A stretch of 64,000 nt of DNA. Source: a virus. The stretch lies in UHGV virus genome UHGV-0028991; one strand, given 5' to 3'. The position numbers and the translations under genes were made by a program. The notes under the pieces are model-generated. The model did not search any database. It saw nothing but the letters and a program-made list of their open reading frames with translations, and was not told where the DNA came from. Shown piece by piece: positions 27,821-37,501 of the stretch; within the stretch, counting starts at the first letter, position 1, and each line of letters opens with the position of its first letter.

Positions 27821-28372
27821 ATGGCTAAGAATCATGGCATTCTGATTTCCTCGCACTTGATGGCGTGGGACAATGATGCGCTGACTATGTGCGGCGTATA
27901 TGCAGACGGCGACCTTGATAATGGTCAGCTTGTCACTCTTGATGGCATTCGCAAGAATGCAACTACTGGCGCAGTGCAGGGTTACGACTATGCGGTTAAG
28001 CCCGCAACGGCTGGCGCTGATAATGTTTGGCTCGTTGAGAGCCCCGAGCTCGGTTATACGCTCGAGACGCAGATTCACGACGACCCGCGCTACTTCTACA
28101 ATGAAGCTGGCAAGCCGATGAGCCTGCGGGCTGTCATGGGCGGTGTTGACTGCTTTGAAATCACTAAAGAACTGTTTGCCGCTGGCACTCTGCCCGCAGT
28201 TGGCGACATCGGCAAGTATGTTGCTCCTGCTGCTGACGGCAAGTATGCAGCGCCCGCAGCTGCTGCTCCTGAGTCTGGCGCTTACTTCCGCATTGAGGGT
28301 CTGACGACCATTAAGTGCGGTTTTGAGGAAGTTCCCGCTGTTCTCCTGCGCTGCATGGCGAACTATCACTAA
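27821..28372 (+). CDS. hypothetical head protein (183 aa), Ala/Pro-rich C-terminal linker
   Basis: Position between the scaffold and the capsid gene; possible decoration protein. Confidence 0.35.
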   Translation: MAKNHGILISSHLMAWDNDALTMCGVYADGDLDNGQLVTLDGIRKNATTGAVQGYDYAVKPATAGADNVWLVESPELGYTLETQIHDDPRYFYNEAGKPMSLRAVMGGVDCFEITKELFAAGTLPAVGDIGKYVAPAADGKYAAPAAAAPESGAYFRIEGLTTIKCGFEEVPAVLLRCMANYH

Positions 28373-28403
28373 TTAAGAGACTTTGAAAGGAGAATATTAT
28401 AAT

Positions 28404-29444
28404 ATGCTGACGAATCAAGAACTGATTAAGTTTGCTGCTGGAAACACTGATTTCTATGAAGCAGCAATGTCTTATGTTGTAGATAAAGAGCGTTCCTCTG
28501 AGAAGAAGGGTCTGCTTCAGACCGCTTTCATGTCCGAGGTTGAGCGCAAGTCCGGCGTTGCACGCGAAGGTCTTGAGCAGGATGCGTGGATTAACCATCC
28601 GTCTGTTCAGTGGGCTGCACTTTCGATTGCAAATGCGACCGTCCGTGCAATTATTCCGCAGACCATTCTGCCGCAGTTTAACCTGTTCGCTGATATGCGC
28701 ACTGAGAACGCTGGCGATGTAGTCAAGTTCCGCGTGCCTGCAAGAGGTTACTATCTTGTGAGCAAGGGCGGTCGTTCTGAAAGAACTTCCTTTAGACAGC
28801 ACGGTTATTCCACCGATGTGACTGTTGCTCCCGAGGAACGCATTGTTACCGTTTTTGCTAAGATGTACAATGTTCTCGCAGGCAAGGAAGATATCGGCGA
28901 GATGCTGATGTGGGTTGTGGCATCTATCAACGCCGCAATGTATGGCGACGCGCTGAATATTCTGACCGCTGGTCTGGCTACCATTCCTGCAGGTGCTCTG
29001 AGCGTTACTGGCGCATTCGACATCAAGACGCTTGTCAAGATGGGCGAAACTGTGCAGTATCGTAATGGCGGCGTGCGTCCTGTATTTGCAGGTTCTGCTA
29101 CTGCTCTTATGAATGTTGTCCCGGACAGCACTTCTGGATATCGTCTGAATGTTGATGGCGAAGGCGACGGCAAGGTTGAGCTTATGAGAAGCATTATGGG
29201 CTTTGATGTGCTGAAGCTTGACAACGCTGTTGGCGCTGATGGTCAGCTCGTTCTGCCCGACAATAAGATTTATGTTGTTTCTCCGTCTCAGGACAAACTG
29301 CTGAAAGGCGTTCTGTCCACGAAACTGACGAACAGCAATGATTTCTATATGAATGCCGACATCACCAGCAACTTCACGCAGAGAATCAGCTATGCATTTG
29401 CATATGCTTCTTCTGCTTACGCTGGCGTTTACACCATTCAGTAA
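28404..29444 (+). CDS. major capsid protein (HK97-like), about 346 aa
   Basis: Position after protease/scaffold, size, and a terminator immediately after, which usually marks high expression. Confidence 0.55.
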   Translation: MLTNQELIKFAAGNTDFYEAAMSYVVDKERSSEKKGLLQTAFMSEVERKSGVAREGLEQDAWINHPSVQWAALSIANATVRAIIPQTILPQFNLFADMRTENAGDVVKFRVPARGYYLVSKGGRSERTSFRQHGYSTDVTVAPEERIVTVFAKMYNVLAGKEDIGEMLMWVVASINAAMYGDALNILTAGLATIPAGALSVTGAFDIKTLVKMGETVQYRNGGVRPVFAGSATALMNVVPDSTSGYRLNVDGEGDGKVELMRSIMGFDVLKLDNAVGADGQLVLPDNKIYVVSPSQDKLLKGVLSTKLTNSNDFYMNADITSNFTQRISYAFAYASSAYAGVYTIQ

Positions 29445-29456
29445 GTAATGCATTGT

Positions 29457-29490
29457 AGGGGCGGGCTTAATAGTCCGCTCCTATATATTT
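29457..29490 (+). terminator. probable rho-independent terminator after the capsid gene
   Basis: GGGGCGGGC...GTCCGCTCC stem with two G-U pairs, then TATATATTT. Confidence 0.45.
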
Positions 29491-29519
29491 AAGAATAAAT
29501 GGAATAAAAGGAGATAAAC

Positions 29520-30158
29520 ATGGCAGGAAAAACCAATGGGTCTAACAAGCCCAAGACTACGAACAAAACCGCCAATGACACATCTGCCCTGCTTGAAAAA
29601 CAGGTAAAGGAATTACAGTCTCAAATTGCCGCAATGCAAGAAGCGCTTAGGGCTCAGTCTGTGCCAGTTGCTTGCGAATCGCAAATAACCAAGGTGGCAC
29701 ATAAGCCGAAAGCTAAGACCATTCGATTTGTTAATCTTGTGCCCGGAACGCTTGTTCTGCGCGGCACGATGATTTGGAAAATCGAAGGACAGTTCAACTA
29801 TCGAGACTTTCTTGAGACCGAGGCAGCAATCATTGTAAACAATATGAGCGAATGTATTAGAAGCGGTAGTGTTTATATTGCTGACGCAGAATTTGTTGAA
29901 GAGCACAATCTGACCGAAGTATATAGATATTTGCTTTCTGACGAGCAGTTGTCTCATCTGTTTGAATTGGACGCAAAAAGTGTGATTGAAACATACAAGA
30001 ATTGCTCGGACTCTCAGAAGAACATCATTGAAAATATGATTCTTGAAAAAGTCTCGAATGGCGAAGAAATTGACGCGAATATTACGCAGCAAATCGGTAG
30101 GCTGTGTAAAATTGATTTCTTGGCAGATGTTGGAGCGGACGAGAACGAGGTGAAATAA
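29520..30158 (+). CDS. hypothetical head-tail joining protein (212 aa)
   Basis: ORF with AAGGAG RBS; position only. Confidence 0.35.
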   Translation: MAGKTNGSNKPKTTNKTANDTSALLEKQVKELQSQIAAMQEALRAQSVPVACESQITKVAHKPKAKTIRFVNLVPGTLVLRGTMIWKIEGQFNYRDFLETEAAIIVNNMSECIRSGSVYIADAEFVEEHNLTEVYRYLLSDEQLSHLFELDAKSVIETYKNCSDSQKNIIENMILEKVSNGEEIDANITQQIGRLCKIDFLADVGADENEVK

Positions 30159-30590
30159 TTGACCTCATTTGACACGATTGAGACCCGCGCGCTTGCAGTC
30201 ATTGAAGATTATAAGCTAAAAAAGCTATTTGATTCAAGCATTGACGGGTTTGAAAAATATTGCGATGGATTGCTTATGGTTGCGGTCCCGCAGTTCTATG
30301 AATGCTTAAAGTCTTTGCAATATAACGAGGAAGCTCGGATATTTATTGCGGACCTGGATGAGCAGGAAGTTTCTATTCTTGCCAACTTCTTTGTCATTAC
30401 TTGGTGGCAGAGAGAAAATAATAATGCTGCGCAGATTGCCTTGAAATTGAAAACTTCGCAGGCATTCCAATTTAACAGTGAAGCCCAAAACTTCAAAGAG
30501 AAGCAGAATGTTATTGATAAGCTGCGTGAAGAAAACGCAAGACAAATTAACGCATATCTTGCAGCAAATTTAGACAGCATAGATTTATGA
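30159..30590 (+). CDS. hypothetical head-tail connector protein (143 aa)
   Basis: Position only. Confidence 0.35.
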   Translation: MTSFDTIETRALAVIEDYKLKKLFDSSIDGFEKYCDGLLMVAVPQFYECLKSLQYNEEARIFIADLDEQEVSILANFFVITWWQRENNNAAQIALKLKTSQAFQFNSEAQNFKEKQNVIDKLREENARQINAYLAANLDSIDL

Positions 30591-30599
30591 GGAGGCGTT

Positions 30600-30842
30600 A
30601 TGAGCAAAGATAAAAGAGCAGACGCTTTCTATAAAATTTTGGGGCTGTTTGAAGACGCTGACACAGATGAAAAATTTGTGGCATATTTGAAGTATTTGTC
30701 GCGCCTGTGTGTAAAGTTGCGCGGGCAAGGTGATTTAGAGTCTTATGCGACCGTTCGTGGGTTACATGAAATGGGGCACGATGTTTCGCATGATACTGTG
30801 AGGGCAGTAGTCTTTCATTTGATTGGCGATAGGGAGGTGTAA
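30600..30842 (+). CDS. hypothetical small protein (80 aa)
   Basis: GGAGG RBS; position only. Confidence 0.35.
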   Translation: MSKDKRADAFYKILGLFEDADTDEKFVAYLKYLSRLCVKLRGQGDLESYATVRGLHEMGHDVSHDTVRAVVFHLIGDREV

Positions 30843-30845
30843 TGC

Positions 30846-32123
30846 ATGGCATTGCAGTATTACACAGCCACGCCGAACAATCAATATAGGGACTTAATGC
30901 AGGCTTTTATTGACGACCAGTGGGATAATACATCTGCTTTATCGCCCGCAAATGGCGGAGCTTTGCTTGAACAGTGGGACATTGGTTCGGAAGATTTCTG
31001 TCCTATTGAGGCGTGGATTGACACTACGGTTGACGATGTAACAAGTGGTGCAAGAGACGCTCGTGATTTCTTGAAGCTCATTTTTAAGGATATTTATCAC
31101 AGAGTACCACGCGGATTGCAATACAAGTTTGACGGAAATACATGGCTTGCTACAAGCTCTAATCCATTTGGTGGGTTGCCTAAAGCGGTGAATATTCGCA
31201 GATGCAATAACGCGCTTAGAATTATTGACCCGCTGAACGGCGCTGTGGTTAGCATGCCTTGTATTGTTGAATATGATGCTGGCTCTCCAATGAATCAGGT
31301 CGGCAGATATGTTATTACGCCGAACAATCACTTAACTGTTATGGTGCAGGGCTCTGAAGAAACTTGGCGGCTGTTAAGGCTGAATACAAGATATATTATC
31401 GGTGCTCGTGTATTTAAGCTTAATGCGTATCAAAATGCACTGAATAATGCAGATGAGGGTATTCCTTCGCTGCTTTATTTAGACCTTTATCTCGATGAGT
31501 TGCATGATGGAGATAATATTGACACGCAGATTGCAGACAATGGTAAGTTTGATTACAGTATTTCTATCAATTCTGATGATATTTCGGTCGTGACTGGTGC
31601 AGGCGCAAAATTGACCGCGACAGTCGTGCTGAATGGAGAAGAAGTTGAGCGCAACATCAAATGGTCGTCCAGCAACACAAGCGTTGTTACAATTGACGAG
31701 AACGGGCAATATGCTGCCGTTGGCGCAGTGGGCGACTCTGCCACTATTACGGCGCAGCTCAGTGGCAATGAAAATGTGTCGGCATCTATCACTGTGATGA
31801 TAGCCGATATTGAAAAACAATCGGCAAACATTGTTATAAACCCGCTGTTTGAAAAGATTCGGCAGAATGATAATATTTCGTTTAACATTGCTGTTGAATA
31901 TGCTGGCGTGACAAGAACGGACTTAGAAGATGTGGTCGTTGCAATTGCTGATGCAGATAGAGAATTTGTTGCTATTGATAAAATCGATGATTTGAAATAT
32001 CTTATGGTCTGCAAAAAGATTGCAAAGCAACCTATCGAAATGACCGTATCGGCAAAAATCACGGGAACGGACATTTCCGCCGAGAAAGTTTTTGCCGTTA
32101 AGACCGTAGGAATGTTTGGATAA
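30846..32123 (+). CDS. structural protein with two Ig-like (Big_2-type) domains (425 aa)
   Basis: ISVVTGAGAKLTATVVLNGEEV...SSSNTSVVTIDENGQY...GDSATITAQ is a Big_2-like repeat; a second copy follows. Confidence 0.45.
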   Translation: MALQYYTATPNNQYRDLMQAFIDDQWDNTSALSPANGGALLEQWDIGSEDFCPIEAWIDTTVDDVTSGARDARDFLKLIFKDIYHRVPRGLQYKFDGNTWLATSSNPFGGLPKAVNIRRCNNALRIIDPLNGAVVSMPCIVEYDAGSPMNQVGRYVITPNNHLTVMVQGSEETWRLLRLNTRYIIGARVFKLNAYQNALNNADEGIPSLLYLDLYLDELHDGDNIDTQIADNGKFDYSISINSDDISVVTGAGAKLTATVVLNGEEVERNIKWSSSNTSVVTIDENGQYAAVGAVGDSATITAQLSGNENVSASITVMIADIEKQSANIVINPLFEKIRQNDNISFNIAVEYAGVTRTDLEDVVVAIADADREFVAIDKIDDLKYLMVCKKIAKQPIEMTVSAKITGTDISAEKVFAVKTVGMFG

Positions 32124-32134
32124 GGAGGGGTTAA

Positions 32135-32713
32135 ATGTTTAATAGTTTAGCTGCATTGCCGCCTTCATTATACAACATTATCAATTATCTTGCAATAGAT
32201 AAATCGGTCGAAGCCGAAAATTTGTGGAAGATGCTAAAATACAACGATTATGATGCGCTGAACAAGCCAAATTTAACAACAAGTGAAAAGCTTGACATGC
32301 TTTGGCGAAGTGGTCCGCAAGAAAAGTATAGCATTTTTCTAACAAATTTGATTGAGGACGCATTACCTCAATCAAAATGTGTGTTCAAACTGTATGACTA
32401 TATGGTTCAGCCCGAGGGGGCGTATGTATCCTCTGTTATTTATGCCTTTGATTTCCTTTATGGCGGGCAAATGTCGTTGGTCGAATATAACGGCATTCCT
32501 GTTGCAAGGGGTGATGTTTTTATCAATTCCATCTTGTCCGTACTTAATGGCGTGACAATTGGCGGGGTTGGCAAACTTATGCTTGACGATGATTTATCTC
32601 GCTATTGCGGGGCAAAGTCTGTGGTCGGAAATCAAAAGACATTCACTGGCTATGTACTGTATTTGGCAACGAATATGGGCGATACAGGCATAGACGAGGG
32701 CTGCGATGATTGA
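32135..32713 (+). CDS. hypothetical tail-completion-type protein (192 aa)
   Basis: Position only. Confidence 0.3.
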   Translation: MFNSLAALPPSLYNIINYLAIDKSVEAENLWKMLKYNDYDALNKPNLTTSEKLDMLWRSGPQEKYSIFLTNLIEDALPQSKCVFKLYDYMVQPEGAYVSSVIYAFDFLYGGQMSLVEYNGIPVARGDVFINSILSVLNGVTIGGVGKLMLDDDLSRYCGAKSVVGNQKTFTGYVLYLATNMGDTGIDEGCDD

Positions 32714-33551
32714 CCGCGAAATATTGCGGGAACAATACTTTCAATTTGATGAGCCTGTTCCGTATGATTTGGGCGATGGCAAAGAAGTTCTTATTACGCC
32801 AGTCAAGATGAAGCACAGTGAATTATTTACAACTTGCGCGCAGATTCTTATGATTGATAAAAACTCAAGCCCGTCTGTTGAAATAATTCAGATGCCTTAT
32901 TTGAAATTTTTGACAGATATTTTATTCCCACAATCGAATGTCTATCCCCTTAATTTGGGGACAATTTGTGCGATTTGTTTAGGGATGAAAAATCCGCAGA
33001 TTATATTGGATAAAAGGGGCAAGCCCGCAATACGCGATAGTGATCTTGACATAACTATCAGTTGCCAACAGTTTGACGACATTTCAAAAATAATTTTATA
33101 TCAAAACTTCGTTGATTATGACGATAGATACATTGACCCAGATTTTAAGAAGGCTATGCGCGAGACTGACGAATTAAGGAATAAAAATCTTGAAATTCCG
33201 AACACTGAGCGCAAGATGGCGATTCTAACATCACACACAGGGATTAAACGCGCCGACATAAAAGAAATGACTATGCGGGAATTCTCGCTGGTTTTTGCCG
33301 AAGTTGTCGGTGAAGTGCAATATATCGCAACGACCTCCATAGCGGCTTTTGGTGGTGGAGATATTGACCACTGGGTCTATCGGAAGAAGCGCGGGGCATT
33401 TGATTCATATATTACCGATGTGGATGCTTACACACGGTCTATGGGTGGCAGTTCGGCAATACGAACCGTTACCAACGATGCATCTTATGGAAATGAGATG
33501 CAAAGCAAATTTGACAATTTCCTAAATAAAAATAATATAGGAGGAATATAA
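32706..33551 (+). CDS. hypothetical protein (281 aa)
   Basis: Position only. Confidence 0.3.
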   Translation: MIDREILREQYFQFDEPVPYDLGDGKEVLITPVKMKHSELFTTCAQILMIDKNSSPSVEIIQMPYLKFLTDILFPQSNVYPLNLGTICAICLGMKNPQIILDKRGKPAIRDSDLDITISCQQFDDISKIILYQNFVDYDDRYIDPDFKKAMRETDELRNKNLEIPNTERKMAILTSHTGIKRADIKEMTMREFSLVFAEVVGEVQYIATTSIAAFGGGDIDHWVYRKKRGAFDSYITDVDAYTRSMGGSSAIRTVTNDASYGNEMQSKFDNFLNKNNIGGI

Positions 33552-34609
33552 TGGCTAAGAAATTTCTTGCTGGGGTTGCAAGAGCATTGCTGTTTGCAAA
33601 CAATGAGCTGATTGCAGTATGCAAGACGCTTACCGAAAGCACATTCAATTTCGCCATTGAGAATGAGGAAGTTAGAGCAGGAGCTGCCAATGGGCTTTGG
33701 GGCAAATACTTCCATGACAGCGCTCTGAATCTGACGATTACTGACGCTATGTTCTCGCTTGAATACATGGCGCTTAACCTCGGTGTTGATATCAACCAAG
33801 GCGGCATTACTCTTTATGAGTCTGCTGCTACTGGCGAAACTGTTGCTGCAGGCGGAACGATTACTCTTGCAAATGCGCCCGTTGCTTTTGACGGCTCTGT
33901 TATCGCATGGTATAAAAAGCCTGCTGATGCCAACTGGACCATTGGTACTGTTACAGGTAGCACTCTGACCATTGGTGGCGCGCAAGCTGGCGACAAGTAT
34001 TGTGTTAAGTATTTCTATCAGAATGCAAACGCGCGTTCTCTTAAAATCAAGACACAGTATGTGCCGAAGGTTGTGCACATTGTGCTTCTGAACGACCTGT
34101 TTAGCGGCGAGACTGCTGACGTTGGTTCCGCCACAAAATATGGCAGACTGATTGTTGACATTCCGAGCTTCCAGTTGGATGGCTCGAACGAGATTTCTCT
34201 CACGTCTTCTTCTGTGGGTAACATTTCTCTGTCCGGCTCCGCGCTTGCAGTTGACGAAGGCGACAGCTGCGAGGAAGACCCGTACTATGGCACTATGACT
34301 GAGGAAATCTTCGGCGCAGACTGGAAAGCGAATGTTCGCGCACTTGCGCCCGTTCCGTCTGATGTTACCATGAAAGTCAGCACGAGCACGACCATTGATG
34401 TTTATGGCGTGTTTGGTGGCATGACCGCATCTAAGAAATTGAATAACGCAGACCTGACCTTTACGGTCGATTCTGGCTCTGCTGTTACTGTTGGGGCAAA
34501 CACTGGCGTTATCACCGCTAAAGCAACTGCGGGCGATGCAGTTGTCAGTGTTAAGCTTACTGGCACGGAAGTTGACCCCGCATTTGTGCATATTACTGTT
34601 GAGCAGTAA
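33551..34609 (+). CDS. major tail (tube) protein with C-terminal Ig-like domain (352 aa)
   Basis: Position upstream of the tape-measure gene. C-terminal Big_2-like TFTVDSGSAVTVGANTGVITAKATAGDAVVSVKLTG, as in lambda V-type tube proteins. Confidence 0.5.
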   Translation: MAKKFLAGVARALLFANNELIAVCKTLTESTFNFAIENEEVRAGAANGLWGKYFHDSALNLTITDAMFSLEYMALNLGVDINQGGITLYESAATGETVAAGGTITLANAPVAFDGSVIAWYKKPADANWTIGTVTGSTLTIGGAQAGDKYCVKYFYQNANARSLKIKTQYVPKVVHIVLLNDLFSGETADVGSATKYGRLIVDIPSFQLDGSNEISLTSSSVGNISLSGSALAVDEGDSCEEDPYYGTMTEEIFGADWKANVRALAPVPSDVTMKVSTSTTIDVYGVFGGMTASKKLNNADLTFTVDSGSAVTVGANTGVITAKATAGDAVVSVKLTGTEVDPAFVHITVEQ

Positions 34610-34659
34610 ATAAAATAAGGGAGGGGTTATTATAAATAATTCCTCCCTATTTTTTAATT

Positions 34660-34959
34660 ATGTGCGAATTTAATAAAAAAGATATGTGTTTAGCCCGAAA
34701 TGACAAATGCCCATTTGTTTATTTTTGTGATAAAATACAGGATTATAAGCCCATGAAATCAATGCCAAAAGATTGCAAGGTCAAGATGAACGCAACTGCG
34801 CCAATTGGCTATAACAAGGTGGCATATGAGCGCAAGGGTTATTTGTATGTTTATCTTGACGCGGACACTGTTATTAAGGTTAAAAACACATTAGATAAAA
34901 TTCCGCCATATGTAAAGCTCAGAAAAACAAGTGGTGGGGAATACAAAATAGGAAAGTGA
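34660..34959 (+). CDS. small Cys-rich protein (99 aa)
   Basis: CEFNKKDMC...CPFVYFC...C; position in the tail module. Confidence 0.3.
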   Translation: MCEFNKKDMCLARNDKCPFVYFCDKIQDYKPMKSMPKDCKVKMNATAPIGYNKVAYERKGYLYVYLDADTVIKVKNTLDKIPPYVKLRKTSGGEYKIGK

Positions 34960-35321
34960 CGGTTGCCAACATGGAAGATTTGGAACGGCGGCTCGGGAAA
35001 GTAGAAAATCGGGTCACGGCTCTTGAAACGGCACAACCGTATTTGGGGCAGTTGCTCGATAAAAATATTCAGGTCTGCGACGACTTGAATAAGGCGGTAT
35101 CTTCTTTGCAGATTACAATGACAAAAATCAGCGACTCTTTGGCAACACAAGGACAACAAATCAGCGACATTAAGGGCGATGTTGATACATTGACAAAAGC
35201 TATTAGGCGTGTTGATGATAAAGGCAAGCTCGACGCGGTGTTGTGGATAAAAGAGCATTGGATTCAGATTGCGTCACTTGTAGCTGCGACAGGAGCGATT
35301 ATTACCGCCTTAGTTAAATGA
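34956..35321 (+). CDS. XhlA-like coiled-coil membrane protein (121 aa)
   Basis: MEDLERRLGKVENRVTALE coiled coil plus a C-terminal transmembrane helix (IASLVAATGAIITALV) resemble the PBSX XhlA family. Confidence 0.35.
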   Translation: MTVANMEDLERRLGKVENRVTALETAQPYLGQLLDKNIQVCDDLNKAVSSLQITMTKISDSLATQGQQISDIKGDVDTLTKAIRRVDDKGKLDAVLWIKEHWIQIASLVAATGAIITALVK

Positions 35322-35343
35322 ATTAAACGGGAGAATGGAATAA

Positions 35344-35706
35344 ATGGAATATAATATTACAAAAGAATACTTGACATATGCGGAGATTCAGAACATTGTG
35401 GACCAAGTGGTTAAAAGCAATGTGTGGAGCGACAGACAACAGATTATTGATATGCTTATGCTTTTCTATTGCACCGATATTGGGCAAGATAAGATTGCTG
35501 AGGTCGGGCATGAGCGGCTGTTGATTGATGGCGTGATTGATGATGTGCGCGGACAGGTAAAGAATTATTACCAGATTCGTCAGGCATTGCAATACACCGA
35601 ATCGACTGCACGGGCAATTATGCAGTTGTCTACCGAATTTCTGCCGAAATTGCAGAAGGCTCTGAAAGCTCCCAACGATACCAAAAAGAAGGTTAAAAAG
35701 GGTTGA
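35344..35706 (+). CDS. hypothetical protein (120 aa)
   Basis: Position only. Confidence 0.3.
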   Translation: MEYNITKEYLTYAEIQNIVDQVVKSNVWSDRQQIIDMLMLFYCTDIGQDKIAEVGHERLLIDGVIDDVRGQVKNYYQIRQALQYTESTARAIMQLSTEFLPKLQKALKAPNDTKKKVKKG

Positions 35707-36215
35707 GCCAAACCGTAAACACATTTGGTGCATTGCGCGCCGAGATGAAAGAGCGCCTAAAGCCCGTGCTTGAATATGTAATAGAAAAAATTGCGGACTA
35801 TAACAAAAATGCAATAAGCTTCTCTGTATATGCTAAGGGAAATCCAGATGTATACGAGCGGACATTTGAATTTCTTGATGCATGGTCAACTGAAGAAAAA
35901 TTTGAGTCCGACGCATTATATAGCACGCATTTTTATGATTCAAGCAAAATTAGGACAAGAGGCCGTGGGCAACATACATCTGCCATAGACGGTACAGATA
36001 TTGCCTATGCGCTTGCCGACATTATCTTTGAAGGCAAGGCGGGCAGAATATTTGGTCGCGGATTTTGGACTAAACGCAGAAATGCATGGGGCATGCTTGA
36101 CAAATATGTAAGCAAGCGGCGCCTAAAACAATGGGTTGAGGAAGGAATGAGACAAGCGGGGCTTGCCTATAAATTCACGGGCAAATACCCCGAGCAATCT
36201 CACTATGAAGTATGA
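35703..36215 (+). CDS. hypothetical protein (170 aa)
   Basis: Translationally coupled to the neighbouring genes. Confidence 0.3.
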   Translation: MSQTVNTFGALRAEMKERLKPVLEYVIEKIADYNKNAISFSVYAKGNPDVYERTFEFLDAWSTEEKFESDALYSTHFYDSSKIRTRGRGQHTSAIDGTDIAYALADIIFEGKAGRIFGRGFWTKRRNAWGMLDKYVSKRRLKQWVEEGMRQAGLAYKFTGKYPEQSHYEV

Positions 36216-36709
36216 TCACATTATCACTGGATTGCAGCACATCTTGCACGGGATATGCGGTTTTCAATGAAGATAAGCTCATTCATTATGGCTGTATTAA
36301 GCCCGAGGGAGATAGTTGGCGAGAAAGGCTGACACATGAAGGTGCGCCATTGTCTGAATTGATTAAGACCTATCGACCCGATAGGTTAATCGTAGAGGAA
36401 GTGCCGTTGAAGGCGGCAAATGTTAAAGTGTTGATGATTCTTGGGGCTGTTCAAGGATATGTTCTTGGGATAGCCGCATCTCATCATGTACCGATTCAAT
36501 TTGTACTTCCTCAGAAATGGCGTAGCGATATAGGAATTTTTGACGGCACAAGAGATGGCACGAAGCGAGATGTTCTTAAAAGGAAGTCCGTGGAGAAAGC
36601 CAACGAATTGTTCGGACTGGACTTGAATTGGGTGTCTCCGTCAAGCAGTAAGAACGATGATGATATAAGCGATGCCATTCTTTTGGGTTGGAGCCAAATT
36701 CATAAATAA
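36212..36709 (+). CDS. RuvC-like Holliday-junction resolvase (165 aa)
   Basis: LSLDCSTSCTGYAVF (the RuvC N-terminal catalytic Asp motif), an acidic residue in LIVEEVP, and C-terminal DDISDAILLG. Confidence 0.65.
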   Translation: MITLSLDCSTSCTGYAVFNEDKLIHYGCIKPEGDSWRERLTHEGAPLSELIKTYRPDRLIVEEVPLKAANVKVLMILGAVQGYVLGIAASHHVPIQFVLPQKWRSDIGIFDGTRDGTKRDVLKRKSVEKANELFGLDLNWVSPSSSKNDDDISDAILLGWSQIHK

Positions 36710-36723
36710 AAGGATGGTGAATT

Positions 36724-37152
36724 ATGGCGAATAAAAACACGAGCTGGAATATTGGCGTAGGTATTGAGATAAAGACAAGCACAAGCGAAATTCAAAAGAA
36801 ATTGAATGAAGCGGCGAAAAATGTCAATATCAATATCAAGGCAAAAGGGGCTAAGGAAGCATCTGACGGAATAAGCAATCTGTCAAAGAACATGAACGAA
36901 GCCTCGTCCAGCGCGAAGAATTTTGAATTAACATATCAAGCGGCAAACATGATTATGGAGAAGAGCATAGAAATTATTAGGTCTATGGTCTCTGAAGTCT
37001 ATACTATGAATGCCGCGCAGGTCGAATTAGCAAAGGTCACAGATTTGTCCGGCGAATCAATGGACGAATATGTGAGCAAGTTGACCGACATGGGAGCAGA
37101 AGTTGCTAAGACGGGTAAACTATGGACGGGAGCCCGTGTGATGGGATGGTAA
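36724..37152 (+). CDS. tail tape-measure protein, exon 1
   Basis: Sequence typical of the N-terminus of TP901-type tape-measure proteins (LAKVTDLSGESMDEYVSKLTDMGAEVAKTG). An in-frame stop is followed by intron-like sequence. Confidence 0.6.
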   Translation: MANKNTSWNIGVGIEIKTSTSEIQKKLNEAAKNVNINIKAKGAKEASDGISNLSKNMNEASSSAKNFELTYQAANMIMEKSIEIIRSMVSEVYTMNAAQVELAKVTDLSGESMDEYVSKLTDMGAEVAKTGKLWTGARVMGW

Positions 37153-37443
37153 ACCAGCACAGAGAATTGTTCAAAACCCAGTAAAACCTAAAGCCTGTTT
37201 AACTACAACATGGGGATGAAATAAGCCCAAGTGTGAATGTGGGAAACTGTTAAAAATAAGCAGGATGGCATATGGTCGAAAGACCTAAGTGCAATTTATC
37301 CCGAATATTATACATTATTTGGGACAAACAATGGTAGATTGGGCGCGAAGTCCCGAACAGGGATGTGTCAAGAGACTCTATAAGTTCGACCCCTCCAAAT
37401 TAAACAGGGTGAAGAAATAGTCCAGAATATTTTGAAAAAGGTA

Positions 37444-37472
37444 TTGACAATCTAAAAGTTATGTGTTATAAT
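37444..37472 (+). promoter_or_regulatory. perfect consensus sigma-70 promoter inside intron 1 (TTGACA, 17 nt, TATAAT)
   Basis: TTGACAatctaaaagttatgtgtTATAAT lies about 30 nt upstream of the RBS and ATG of the intron ORF. Confidence 0.6.
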
Positions 37473-37501
37473 GGCATCAACAAAGAAAGGTGGGCTTGAT
37501 T

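Noticed and set aside
28311-29453. 380-aa ORF antisense to the major capsid gene. Similar cases: 33485-34591 antisense to the major tail gene; 31553-32074; 27062-27748; 880-1974 antisense to the recombinase
   Set aside because: They overlap well-supported sense genes that have RBSs and recognisable motifs. The antisense products are Cys/Arg/Ser-rich junk with no RBS.
37490-37501. GTG start of the intron ORF as given by the ORF track (MGLIM...)
   Set aside because: The GTG directly abuts the purine-rich tract. The ATG at 37502 has AAGGTGGG at the ideal 8-nt spacing, so the shorter 77-aa product is preferred.
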